Counted from the first letter of the stretch, positions 1 through 8,471 are shown. The stretch: 64,000 bases of DNA from Arenicellales bacterium (GCA_965116335.1 OZ220677.1:1315933-1379932), one strand, 5' to 3'. Numbers and translations: made by a program. The notes: generated from the letters alone by a model not told the origin.

Positions 1-437
1 CTGTTTACTTCTACTTCTTCCCCCTGATCAGCTTCCACGCTTCCGGCTTCGGCTGTTACGCTTCCGGCCTCGCCTGCCGGTTCGCTTTCATTGCTGGCCG
101 TTGCTTCGGCTTCGGTTCCTTCCGGTGGACACGGCCCCGCGTCCCCCGCCCGGTAAAAATCCACTTGCGCCAGTAACAGGGTTTTGTCGCCCGTGTTCGG
201 GTTTCCACCATGCGCCCGCACAAAAGCCGCCGCCGCTTGGGTTGTCCGCTTGCCATAGTCCCCATCAATCGCGCCCGCATTAAACCCGCATCCATTCAAC
301 GCTTGTTGAACCTCCCGGATACTGTTCTTTGCCGCTTCGTCCTCGGCATGGCCGGGCATTGTCAACAATAGAAAAGCCGCCATTGTCAGGATTGCCAGCC
401 GTCCAACGGCCAGGGTCTTGATGATTGTTGTTTTCAT
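1..437 (-). CDS. Secreted protein with peptidoglycan-binding (PG_binding_1-like) domain; C-terminus lies beyond the window start
   Basis: Absent from the ORF track because it runs off the edge. Reverse-strand ATG at 437 is preceded by GAGGA. Translation starts MKTTIIKTLAVGRLAILTMAAFLLLTMPGHA (signal peptide), then VQQALNGCGFNAGAIDGDYGKRTTQAAAAFVRAHG, which fits the LxxLGFxxGxxDGxxGxxT motif. Confidence 0.6.
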   Translation of the reverse strand, partial: MKTTIIKTLAVGRLAILTMAAFLLLTMPGHAEDEAAKNSIREVQQALNGCGFNAGAIDGDYGKRTTQAAAAFVRAHGGNPNTGDKTLLLAQVDFYRAGDAGPCPPEGTEAEATASNESEPAGEAGSVTAEAGSVEADQGEEVEVN

Positions 438-466
438 GGTTGAATCCTCGTTATTGGTTGATTGAT

Positions 467-490
467 AAAGCCGGTAATATACCCGGCTTT
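467..490. terminator. Hairpin AAAGCCGG-N8-CCGGCTTT downstream of the 503..862 gene; related to the hairpin at 1305..1326
   Basis: Perfect 8-bp inverted repeat read directly from the sequence. Only a short T/A run follows, so it is a weak intrinsic terminator at best. Confidence 0.35.
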
Positions 491-502
491 ATCTGGTTGC
501 GT

Positions 503-862
503 CTACCAATCACGCCCACGCCGCCACTCGTTAAGGTCTGGTATACATTGCGGCGATCCGCTTCGGTAGCCTGTTATTATTGGATCATGGTTATCTGAAT
601 CGGTCATAACGCTTTCCCTTTCTTGCAAAATTGGAATTATGGGTACAACCCATCTACAGGGTACAAAGTCCTTTATTTTCGGTACATATTCCGGCAAGTC
701 TGCATCCCCTCGTTTTTCTGGTATGGGTACTACTTCGATTACAAAACGGGTTGGTGCTTCTTCTTCGTATTCTTCCCAGTACTCCGGTGGCGCGATTGTT
801 GTCGCGCTTGCGGCCAGTGGCATGATCAGCAATGCCAGCCCCGCCAGTATTTTCAATTTCAT
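503..862 (-). CDS. Small secreted protein, unknown function
   Basis: The track ORF is 503..997, but the internal ATG at 862 has a GAGGA RBS and opens a canonical signal peptide MKLKILAGLALLIMPLAASA. Confidence 0.55.
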   Translation of the reverse strand: MKLKILAGLALLIMPLAASATTIAPPEYWEEYEEEAPTRFVIEVVPIPEKRGDADLPEYVPKIKDFVPCRWVVPIIPILQERESVMTDSDNHDPIITGYRSGSPQCIPDLNEWRRGRDW

Positions 863-1015
863 TATGGATTCCTCGGTTGTAGTGAGATTACCATTAGAAA
901 CCAGGTTACTTAAACCTGCCCTGAACCAATAAAACCGGGTTTTTACCCGCGCCGCCGATTCTGCAAGCTCCTGTAATCGCCTGTATCGGCTTTTCAAGGG
1001 TCGCCCTATATCTGC

Positions 1016-1282
1016 CTATAGGCCAATATCCGGCTTGCCAGCCTGCCACGCGCTGGCCGCGCTGGATGATGATTCAGTGTTAGTCCTTTCCTGTTCTACG
1101 CCGTTTATAAACTGGATTGTGTAACTTGTGCCGTCCGGCCTTGTGTATGTCCATTGCCCGTGTCGTTCACCGTCTACAATCGGGCCTTCCATAACCGTAC
1201 CATCCGGCCATTCAATTACTTCCGCGCTTGCGGCCAGTGGCAGAATCAGCAATGCCAGAATTGCCAGTATTTTCAATTTCAT
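1016..1282 (-). CDS. Small secreted protein with one MORN/YwqK-like repeat
   Basis: ATG at 1282 opens signal peptide MKLKILAILALLILPLAASA. The mature part GPIVDGERHGQWTYTRPDGTSYTIQFINGVEQ fits G..hG.W....G....f.nG. Confidence 0.5.
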   Translation of the reverse strand: MKLKILAILALLILPLAASAEVIEWPDGTVMEGPIVDGERHGQWTYTRPDGTSYTIQFINGVEQERTNTESSSSAASAWQAGKPDIGL

Positions 1283-1304
1283 TGTTATATCCCGGTTATT
1301 GGTC

Positions 1305-1326
1305 AAGCCGGGAATATACCCGGCTT
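1305..1326. terminator. Hairpin AAGCCGGG-N6-CCCGGCTT downstream of 1331..1663; second copy of the 467..490 element
   Basis: Perfect 8-bp inverted repeat. It shares the AAGCCGG.AATATACCCGGCTT core with 467..490. Confidence 0.35.
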
Positions 1327-1330
1327 TGCA

Positions 1331-1663
1331 CTACTGGACAATCAAGCCGTCCCGCTCCATTTCTGCCTGTAACTGTTCCATGCTCTTGCCCTGCCCGGTG
1401 GCCGGTCGATTGCTGGCCGGGGTCGATTGCTCGACCTGGCCGCGCTCGATGTTGGCCGGGTCGATGGTATCCCCCTGGACGGTCTGCCAGGCTGTTTGTA
1501 TCAAGGCTTCAATCATCCTTGACCGGGTTACTTGATGCAGTCGCGCCAGTTCGTCCAGTTCGTCCCGCCTGGCCGGATGGAGTCGGATATTGACTTGTGC
1601 CCGCTTGTCCGCCGGGTCGGTTACGCGCTCCGACCATCGCGCATAATACTTGTGTTTATTCAT
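1331..1663 (-). CDS. Ribbon-helix-helix (CopG/MetJ-like) DNA-binding protein
   Basis: VNIRLHPARRDELDELARLHQVTRSRMIEALI has the strand-helix-helix pattern of RHH proteins. ATG start at 1663. Confidence 0.5.
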   Translation of the reverse strand: MNKHKYYARWSERVTDPADKRAQVNIRLHPARRDELDELARLHQVTRSRMIEALIQTAWQTVQGDTIDPANIERGQVEQSTPASNRPATGQGKSMEQLQAEMERDGLIVQ

Positions 1664-1934
1664 CTACTGATTCCGGCTAATGTGCCAAGTCACAAATGCT
1701 CTTTTGGTCGAGACGTTCGTTTTCGGGGATGATTTTATTAATTTCTCGGAGCTTTTGTAGCGAAATCGGGTGCTGTCCATTCTTTTGCATTTTTCCGCTA
1801 TCCCGCCAGGGAATCTCTCCTTTGCCATTGTATATGATTTCTATTTCACGTTCGGCAATCAAAACTTATTCTGCTATTTAAGCAAAGAGACTTTCTTTCT
1901 TGTTAATTGAAACCTATGAGGTTACAATTCACAG

Positions 1935-1968
1935 ATGATACGGAGCTTTCAGCATAAGAGGCGATGCC
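1935..1968 (+). pseudogene. higB: Vestigial higB (HigB/RelE-type killer toxin); only about 8 N-terminal codons retained
   Basis: ATG at 1935 encodes MIRSFQHK, the typical HigB N-terminus (MIKSFKHKGL...). The frame then reads nonsense, runs into higA and stops at 2024. It sits directly upstream of an intact higA. Confidence 0.5.
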
Positions 1969-2253
1969 ATGCTAATGCACAATCCCCCACATCCCGGCGA
2001 AATGATAAAAGAGCTTTGTCTTGACCCTCTTGGCCTTACCGTCACATCAGCGGCCAGGTCGTTAGGCGTGAGCCGAAAAACACTGAGTCAAATCGTAAAT
2101 GGTCGCACAGGCATCAGCCCGGAAATGGCTGTTCGGCTATCCATCGCCTTCAGTACATCAGCAGAGAGCTGGATCAATCAACAAGGCCATTATGATTTGT
2201 GGCAGGCAGAACAGCGTCGTGAACAGTTACAGGTTCAACCCTTATTTGCCTGA
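1969..2253 (+). CDS. higA: HigA-family antitoxin (XRE-type HTH)
   Basis: [61 protein letters not shown] matches the HigA signature (HNPxHPGExL, LGVSRxxxSxIxNG). Confidence 0.85.
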   Translation: MLMHNPPHPGEMIKELCLDPLGLTVTSAARSLGVSRKTLSQIVNGRTGISPEMAVRLSIAFSTSAESWINQQGHYDLWQAEQRREQLQVQPLFA

Positions 2254-2353
2254 GCGTCATTTCGTGTTTTTCTTATTCAATATGGTTCAAAAATGGTACT
2301 TCTTAAAAACAGTATCTCAAGGTATATTTACCGCTTTGCGATTTTTCCCCTGA

Positions 2354-2375
2354 CAATCATTAGTCAATCATTAGT
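2354..2375 (+). promoter_or_regulatory. Tandem 11-bp direct repeat CAATCATTAGT x2 about 30 bp upstream of the betaine transporter start; candidate operator/promoter element
   Basis: Read directly from the sequence. It is followed by TAGTAT (a possible -10) and a GGAG RBS. Confidence 0.25.
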
Positions 2376-2405
2376 AGTATACAAATACCAACGGAGATCA
2401 TCATT

Positions 2406-3383
2406 ATGAGAAAATCATGTATCAAGCCATTGACAGCCATGCTGTCGGCCTTATGCTTTATCCTGACGGCAACTCCCGCCATGGCTGCGGACAGTAGTGA
2501 ACCGATTAAGATACCGATCAAGAACTGGTCCAGCCAGGTCGTTATGGCGCACGTGATCGGCGGCATATTCGAGAGCATGGGAAACAATGTTGAATATGTT
2601 CCTGTGGACAATCAGGCCAGCTTCGAGGCGGTTCGCGCCGGCGATCTCACCATCGTACACGAGGTCTGGCAATCCACCATGCAGAACGCCTATTACAGCG
2701 CCATGGAAAAAGGCGGGTTGATCGACATGGGCACCCACGCCGCGGAAACCCTGGAAGAGATGGGAGTGCCCAACTGGGTCATCGAAAAGGACCTTTGTCC
2801 GGGCCTGCCAAGCTGGGAGGCGCTGAAAGACTGTCACGCAAATTTCGCGACGCCGGATTCTGACGGCAAGGGCCGCTGGCTGGAAGGCCCGCAAAGCTGG
2901 CATGGTGATGTCATGCCGAATCGTCTCAAGGGTCTCGGTCTGGATGACAAATGGGTGGTCAAGTTCGCGGGCGCTGCAGATGCACTGTGGACCGAGCTCA
3001 AGGCTGCCGAAAAAGAAGGCCGCGGAACCATTATCTTCAACTGGACGCCTAACTTTACGGATGCCTCAGGGTTTACCTTTATCGAGTTTCCACCGTACTA
3101 TGATGGTTGCCGGATGGCAGATGGTGGCGACTTGAGCACGACCGGCTGCGGCTCTCCGGTAGGCTGGCTGAAGAAAGGCGCTAACTACCGCTTCCCGAAA
3201 TCACATCCCCGGGCTTATACGACATTTTCCAAGCTGTCGTTCACCACGCCACAGATCGGGTCGATGGCTGCACTGGTCGATGTCGATGGCATGACCCATG
3301 CAGATGCTGCCGTCAAGTGGCTGGCAGACAATGAGGAAGTCTGGAAACCCTGGACCGTATCCATACTCGGAGAAAGCAACTGA
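2406..3383 (+). CDS. Glycine betaine/proline betaine ABC transporter substrate-binding protein (OpuAC/ProX family)
   Basis: Signal peptide is followed by IKIPIKNWSSQVVMAHVIGGIFESMGNNVEYVPVDNQASFEAVRAGDLTIVHEVWQS, typical of OpuAC. The adjacent genes encode a ProV-like ATPase and a ProW-like permease. Confidence 0.8.
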   Translation: MRKSCIKPLTAMLSALCFILTATPAMAADSSEPIKIPIKNWSSQVVMAHVIGGIFESMGNNVEYVPVDNQASFEAVRAGDLTIVHEVWQSTMQNAYYSAMEKGGLIDMGTHAAETLEEMGVPNWVIEKDLCPGLPSWEALKDCHANFATPDSDGKGRWLEGPQSWHGDVMPNRLKGLGLDDKWVVKFAGAADALWTELKAAEKEGRGTIIFNWTPNFTDASGFTFIEFPPYYDGCRMADGGDLSTTGCGSPVGWLKKGANYRFPKSHPRAYTTFSKLSFTTPQIGSMAALVDVDGMTHADAAVKWLADNEEVWKPWTVSILGESN

Positions 3384-3430
3384 CTCCGGTAGTCCTCCCG
3401 TAAGCCACGGGAGCTTCAAGCAAGACTCTG

Positions 3431-3466
3431 GATTCCCCCCTCCTTGCAGGGGGGAATCTGTTTTTG
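3431..3466 (+). terminator. Rho-independent terminator/attenuator between the binding-protein gene and the ATPase gene
   Basis: GATTCCCCCC-N8-GGGGGGAATC stem followed by TGTTTTTG. Confidence 0.6.
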
Positions 3467-3538
3467 GGCATCGGATTTACAAATCGGACTAAAAATAGGG
3501 TACGCTATCGCACTATAAGGGTAACGATAATTTCGGAT

Positions 3539-4609
3539 ATGTCATCAGCAGAAGAATCGAGCGGTAAAGAGCAATCCATTATACGGTGTGAATCTGTCTA
3601 CAAGATATTTGGCAGTAATGCCAAAAGCACGCTGCGCGAAGCGGGTGGGGTTGTGGATGCCAAACGATTCATGGAGGCCGGACTAATCGTGGGAGTCAAC
3701 AACGTATCCTTCGATGTGATCAAGGGCGAAATCCTGGTGGTTATGGGCTTGTCCGGCTCCGGGAAATCCACCCTGCTACGCTGTATATCGAGATTGACCG
3801 ATGCTACCTCCGGGCAGATTTTCATCGAGGGGCAGGACATCCTGACCATGAATCACAAGCAACTCGTCGAGTTGCGGCGCAACAAGATGGGCATGGTCTT
3901 CCAGAATTTCGGGCTGTTGCCACACAAGACTGTGCTGGAGAATATCGCGTTCCCGTTGCAGGTCAAGGGAATCAGTACCCGGGACAGTGTCAAAAGAGCC
4001 ATGGAAATGGTGCAGCTGGTCGGACTTGAGAGACGCGAGAACTATTTCCCGCGGGAATTATCCGGCGGCCAGCAGCAAAGGGTAGGTATCGCGCGCTCGC
4101 TGGCTGTCGAGCCGGACATCTGGTTTCTGGATGAGCCGTTCTCCGCACTGGACCCGTTGATCCGCAAGGAAATGCAGGATGAGTTCCTGCGCTTGCAGGG
4201 AGTTTTGGGCAAAACCATCCTGTTTGTCACCCATGATTTTGATGAAGCCCTGCGCCTCGCTGACCGCATCGCTATCATGAAGGATGGCGTGGTTGAGCAG
4301 TTGGACACGCCTTCCAGTATCGTACTGAATCCAGCGACCGAATATGTACGCAAGTTCACCGAAGACGTACCGCGAGAAAAAGTGCTGCGAGTGCAATCGG
4401 TAATGGACCCGGTATCCAACACAGAAGTACACGGCGATATCAGAGTTCCCGTGGATGCCGTGATTGAGTCGGTTGCGGAGAATATTCTCGGACAGCAAAA
4501 GCCGGTGGCGGTGGTGGATGCACAAGGCGAAGTAGTCGGTGCCCTGCACGCCTCTCACGTGATCAAGGTGCTGTTCGGAGGAAAGTCCGGTAACCCGGAA
4601 CAGCGCTGA
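3539..4609 (+). CDS. proV: Glycine betaine/L-proline ABC transporter ATP-binding protein with C-terminal CBS region (ProV/OpuAA)
   Basis: Walker A GLSGSGKST, signature LSGGQQQRV, Walker B IWFLDEPFSALD. The track start at 3464 is TTG inside the terminator, so ATG 3539 is preferred. Confidence 0.9.
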   Translation: MSSAEESSGKEQSIIRCESVYKIFGSNAKSTLREAGGVVDAKRFMEAGLIVGVNNVSFDVIKGEILVVMGLSGSGKSTLLRCISRLTDATSGQIFIEGQDILTMNHKQLVELRRNKMGMVFQNFGLLPHKTVLENIAFPLQVKGISTRDSVKRAMEMVQLVGLERRENYFPRELSGGQQQRVGIARSLAVEPDIWFLDEPFSALDPLIRKEMQDEFLRLQGVLGKTILFVTHDFDEALRLADRIAIMKDGVVEQLDTPSSIVLNPATEYVRKFTEDVPREKVLRVQSVMDPVSNTEVHGDIRVPVDAVIESVAENILGQQKPVAVVDAQGEVVGALHASHVIKVLFGGKSGNPEQR

Positions 4610-4619
4610 TACCCAACCA

Positions 4620-6680
4620 ATGACTTTCCTGACCAAACACCCGAAAGTCATTCAGTTTGCCGTCCTTTTGACGGTATTTTTCCTGCTGTGCGTACTGATC
4701 AACCCCTCTGAATCGAGTGTTCTGTGGCGCTTGCCGCCGTTGCTTGCCCAGCTACCCACGCTCATCAACGATTCAGTCCGGCACCTGATGTTTGACTGGT
4801 GGCCAGTAAAGGTATACGACCCGATTATTGAGGACTATGAAGAAGAAGCCCTGTTCCGGGAAATCACCCGTGCAGTATCCGGCCTGTTTCTGTTCGTGAT
4901 CAATCTGGTGCGGGAGATATTTCTCGGCGGCAACAAGACAGTGGTCGCTTTTACCGGCTGGGATTTTATCAGCGAGAACCCCTGGGCACGCTGGCCCGCC
5001 CTGCCCTGGACCGTGATCACCGGCTGGGCCATTATTCTGGGTTACAGACTGCAAGGATTCTGGCTGGCAATACTGGCAGGCCTGTGTACAACATTTATCG
5101 CGATGTTCGGACAGTGGAAACCCTCGATGGAGACGCTGTCATTCATACTGATCGCCGCGCCGGTATCTGTCATTCTCGGGCTAACGCTGGGTATCTGGGC
5201 CTACAAGAGCCGCTTTATTGAGGAAGCACTGAATCCACTCCTCAACATCGCCCAGACCATGCCGCACTATTCCTACCTGGTTCCGGTGATCGTGTTGTTT
5301 GGAGTCGGGGACCATGCCGCCGCGATTGCGACTATCGTGTTCGCTACGCCACCAATGGTTCGGTTGACGCTGTTGGGGTTAAAGAAGGTGCGCCCGGATG
5401 TGGTGGACTCCGGCATGATGAGCGGGTGCAACAAAATCCAGTTGATGTTCCGGGTACTGATCCCCACAGCGCGACGTGACATCCTGATCGGCGTCAACCA
5501 GACCGTCATGCAATGCCTGGCGATGACCGTGATCGCCTCATTTATCGGCGCCCAGGGATTAGGCTCCAACCTGATGATCGCGCTCAACTCCCTCAAGGTC
5601 GGCACCGGCATCGAGATCGGAGTCTGTATCGTACTGATTGCAGTTGTACTGGATAAAATGTCCCTGGCCTGGGCAAACAAGCAGACAGACTACTTCGCCA
5701 ACCTGACATTTGTACAGCGTCACCGATACGGGTTACTGGCTGTGGCTGTCTTTCTGATCGGTACGGTGCTGGCCTGGATTGGCAGTTTCATTTTCCGCGA
5801 GGGCTTTAACTATCTGTATATCGTCCCGCACAACAAGGGCATTACGACTGCGCCATTATGGCAGGCTGCGGTGGATTGGGTATGGGACACGTTCTTCTAC
5901 GCGCTGAACAGCTTCAACGAGTTCCTGATCACGACCATACTGGTGCCTATGAAAAATATGTATCTTGGTATGCCAGTCGCAGCGACCTTTGTCCTGATGA
6001 TGGGCATTGGATACATACTGGCCGGTGTCCGGCAGGCACTGATCATTGGCGGATTCCTGCTTTTCATTGCGCTGTCAGAATACTGGGATCGCGCCCTGAT
6101 TACGGCTTACATGGCCTCGTTCTCCGTGATTGTCTCAACGATTCTCGGTGTAATCATCGGTTCCCTGTGCGCCCAGAATTCCATCGCCAGCAAGAGTGTC
6201 CTGCTGATCTGTGATTTTCTCCAGACCTTCCCCTCGTTCATCTACCTGATCCCGGTGATCATGCTGTTCGGCATCACCGATACCTCCGTGATCATCGCCG
6301 CCGTAGTCTACGCCACCGTCCCGGCGACACGATACACCGTCGAAGGACTTCGCAGTGTGCCGCAGGTTCTGCATGATACCGGCTCCATGCTGGGCGTATC
6401 GCGCACCCAGAGATGGCTCTCGATTGAACTACCTCTGGCATTCCCTCATATCATGCTGGGCGTGAATCAGACCGCGATCTTTGCCTTGTTCATGGTGATC
6501 ATCGGGGCCTTTATCGGCACCACCGATCTTGGACAACTGATCCTGAAAGCCATATCGGATCCACAAGGCACTGGAATCGGGCTGACACTGGGGTTATGCG
6601 TCGCTTTCATGGGGCTTGCGGTTGACCAAATCATACGCACCTGGGCGAATGAGCGCAAAAAGGCACTGGATATGAACTGA
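4620..6680 (+). CDS. Betaine-type ABC transporter permease; two ProW-like permease domains fused in one 686-aa polypeptide
   Basis: Two internally similar halves, each carrying the binding-protein-dependent permease loop: (1) ATPPMVRLTLLGLKKV and (2) ATVPATRYTVEGLRSV. Multiple TM segments. Confidence 0.85.
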   Translation: MTFLTKHPKVIQFAVLLTVFFLLCVLINPSESSVLWRLPPLLAQLPTLINDSVRHLMFDWWPVKVYDPIIEDYEEEALFREITRAVSGLFLFVINLVREIFLGGNKTVVAFTGWDFISENPWARWPALPWTVITGWAIILGYRLQGFWLAILAGLCTTFIAMFGQWKPSMETLSFILIAAPVSVILGLTLGIWAYKSRFIEEALNPLLNIAQTMPHYSYLVPVIVLFGVGDHAAAIATIVFATPPMVRLTLLGLKKVRPDVVDSGMMSGCNKIQLMFRVLIPTARRDILIGVNQTVMQCLAMTVIASFIGAQGLGSNLMIALNSLKVGTGIEIGVCIVLIAVVLDKMSLAWANKQTDYFANLTFVQRHRYGLLAVAVFLIGTVLAWIGSFIFREGFNYLYIVPHNKGITTAPLWQAAVDWVWDTFFYALNSFNEFLITTILVPMKNMYLGMPVAATFVLMMGIGYILAGVRQALIIGGFLLFIALSEYWDRALITAYMASFSVIVSTILGVIIGSLCAQNSIASKSVLLICDFLQTFPSFIYLIPVIMLFGITDTSVIIAAVVYATVPATRYTVEGLRSVPQVLHDTGSMLGVSRTQRWLSIELPLAFPHIMLGVNQTAIFALFMVIIGAFIGTTDLGQLILKAISDPQGTGIGLTLGLCVAFMGLAVDQIIRTWANERKKALDMN

Positions 6681-6756
6681 CCTCAAGGAACCGGCAAGGG
6701 GCGGCATTCCGACAGCGCGAGTCAAAGCCACTTTGACGCGATGGCGTTGATTGGTA

Positions 6757-6833
6757 TGGTCGGGGTGAGTGGATTCGAACCACCGGCCCCTGCCTCCCGA
6801 AGGCAGTACTCTACCAGGCTGAGCTACACCCCG
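6757..6833 (-). tRNA. tRNA-Pro (anticodon CGG), CCA encoded
   Basis: The reverse complement folds as a cloverleaf. Acceptor CGGGGTG/CACCCCG, anticodon stem CTGCC/GGCAG with loop TTCGGGA, T-arm GGTGG TTCGAAT CCACT, 3' ACCA. Confidence 0.95.
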
Positions 6834-6860
6834 ACATCGGTAGAAAGCGCGTATTGTAAC

Positions 6861-7169
6861 TTATCTCAATACCCCATCGTAGTATCCGACTTCTTTCTGA
6901 TGACGTATTGCCAGAATGGTCACAATATCGTCATCCATTTTATATCGCGCCAGATAGCCACTATCACCAAATTTGATTATCCATTCCCGATACTCGTCAG
7001 GCATATCCTCAATCGGGCGACCCAGGCCGGGTTGGTGCGCGATTACCTGTACAGCTTCCCGGATGGTTACACTGGCCCGTCTGGCAGCGGCAGGGTTCCG
7101 GGGTTTCAGAAATTCGTATAGTCGTTGCAGGTCGCGGAGTGCGCCAGGAGCATATATTACCTGTGGCAT
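6861..7169 (-). CDS. RelE/ParE-family type II toxin
   Basis: 102 aa. LRDLQRLYEFLKPRNPAAARRASVTIREAVQVIAHQPGLGRP...YLARYKMDDDIVTILAIRHQKE is typical ParE/RelE. It overlaps the upstream antitoxin by 13 nt. Confidence 0.85.
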   Translation of the reverse strand: MPQVIYAPGALRDLQRLYEFLKPRNPAAARRASVTIREAVQVIAHQPGLGRPIEDMPDEYREWIIKFGDSGYLARYKMDDDIVTILAIRHQKEVGYYDGVLR

Positions 7170-7447
7170 ATCGGGGCAGTCCGTTCATCCCCGGTGCCCC
7201 AACTAGCCAGCCATGCGTCTACTTCTGCGGCAGTCGCGTGCAGACCACTGGCCTGAAACTCATCCCAGGCCCTGAGTGTATCCTGTCGGAAGGTTTCGCG
7301 TTTTTCTTCACGTTCCACATATTGCTGGATTGCCTCGCGCATTATCCAGTGTGCAGTCCGGCGGCGTACTGTGGCCAAACGCTCAATGCGGGTACGCGTA
7401 TCCGTGTCGAGCTTGACCGACATGGGGCGGATTGTGGCAGTTGTCAT
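7157..7447 (-). CDS. Ribbon-helix-helix (CopG/ParD-like) antitoxin
   Basis: MSVKLDTDTRTRIERLATVRRRTAHWIMREAIQQYV is an RHH motif. Sits immediately upstream of the ParE/RelE toxin. Confidence 0.8.
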   Translation of the reverse strand: MTTATIRPMSVKLDTDTRTRIERLATVRRRTAHWIMREAIQQYVEREEKRETFRQDTLRAWDEFQASGLHATAAEVDAWLASWGTGDERTAPICHR

Positions 7448-7509
7448 CAGGGCTCTCTTAATTGATTAGTCACAGGTAATACTATAACATACTTACGATG
7501 GAACCTCAT

Positions 7510-7542
7510 CCAGATTAACACCAGATTAACCACCAGATTAAC
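7510..7542. promoter_or_regulatory. Three direct repeats of CCAGATTAAC spaced 11 and 12 bp apart; candidate operator of the RHH antitoxin
   Basis: Copies at 7510, 7521 and 7533, located 63-95 bp upstream of the antitoxin start at 7447. Confidence 0.35.
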
Positions 7543-7631
7543 CGCCTTTGTTCATTCAATTCAATTTGTCATATTGTGGTATATCCCGTAGAATCGCGCG
7601 GTTCCGGTGATCTTGAGCACAGTATCCGGGA

Positions 7632-8456
7632 ATGGAAAAACAAACTCTAACTCTTGAGAAAGCAATCATGTCAAAATCCTGCAATCCAGACCGTCCTGTT
7701 AGCGTCTCCCGTGTTTCATCCCCCCTCCCCCGCAAGTGGCCGGTTGCAGGACTTGGATGGGCAGTTGCTCTGACAACCTGCCTGTTTGTTCATAGCGCTG
7801 TGGCGCAATCGGGATATTCGACAGTTAAAGGCATTTCCTCCGGCATTCCTGAGGGTGGCCTGATTGCACATAAGGGGGGCTCAGCAGGCTATAGTTGCGG
7901 ACAAAAAACTACGTATGACCCGAAAGGGAGTAGTGAGAGTCAGTCAGATTTCATAAACCGCGTCATGAATTTCTTTTCAAGCGGGGGAGGCGAGAACATT
8001 TACTACTGCGAATATCGGGATATTCCCGATGCTATGGACCGAAGACAGCCTGTATACATCTCCATAGTCAATCCCCCTCAGACACAATGTCAGATCTTTT
8101 TCTCAGCTGCCACCATAAATTTATATAATCAAGGAGGAACCGCACAAACCAGTCCGTTCAACGTCACTGTGAAGACAGGTAAAAGGAACCGCTTCACTTT
8201 TTACGTAACTGGCAAAGCCGACTATATCAGGGAATCAAATGCACTAGGACATGTGGAAGTCTCGACTATCGGATCCACCCCTTGTCCTGGCGGCGGGGTG
8301 CTAACGTTCGATGTGATTGACGATGATAACTCTGCTTACATCGGGTCACTGAATGCGCACCCTTACAGAGAAAGTTGGAATAAGAGACCGCATTGCAAAG
8401 TGACCGATTTGGATAGTACTGGAAAAGATGGGCCGGGTTGCGGCGCAATAGACTGA
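7632..8456 (+). CDS. Hypothetical secreted Cys-containing protein
   Basis: Hydrophobic signal-like segment WPVAGLGWAVALTTCLFVHSAVAQ. I recognise no family motif. The region is visibly more AT-rich than its neighbours. Alternative start ATG 7668. Confidence 0.5.
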   Translation: MEKQTLTLEKAIMSKSCNPDRPVSVSRVSSPLPRKWPVAGLGWAVALTTCLFVHSAVAQSGYSTVKGISSGIPEGGLIAHKGGSAGYSCGQKTTYDPKGSSESQSDFINRVMNFFSSGGGENIYYCEYRDIPDAMDRRQPVYISIVNPPQTQCQIFFSAATINLYNQGGTAQTSPFNVTVKTGKRNRFTFYVTGKADYIRESNALGHVEVSTIGSTPCPGGGVLTFDVIDDDNSAYIGSLNAHPYRESWNKRPHCKVTDLDSTGKDGPGCGAID

Positions 8457-8471
8457 TGCCAGGCGATTAGC

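Noticed and set aside
1677-1862. 61-codon ORF upstream of the RHH gene, a possible toxin partner
   Set aside because: The track start is TTG, there is no convincing RBS, and I recognise no toxin motif (RelE/BrnT/Doc etc.). It is left unannotated and could be checked by HMM.
6681-6756. Hairpin CGCGAGTCAAAG-CCA-CTTTGACGCG between the permease gene and tRNA-Pro as a terminator
   Set aside because: The stem is short with no flanking T/A run on either strand, so there is too little evidence to call it.
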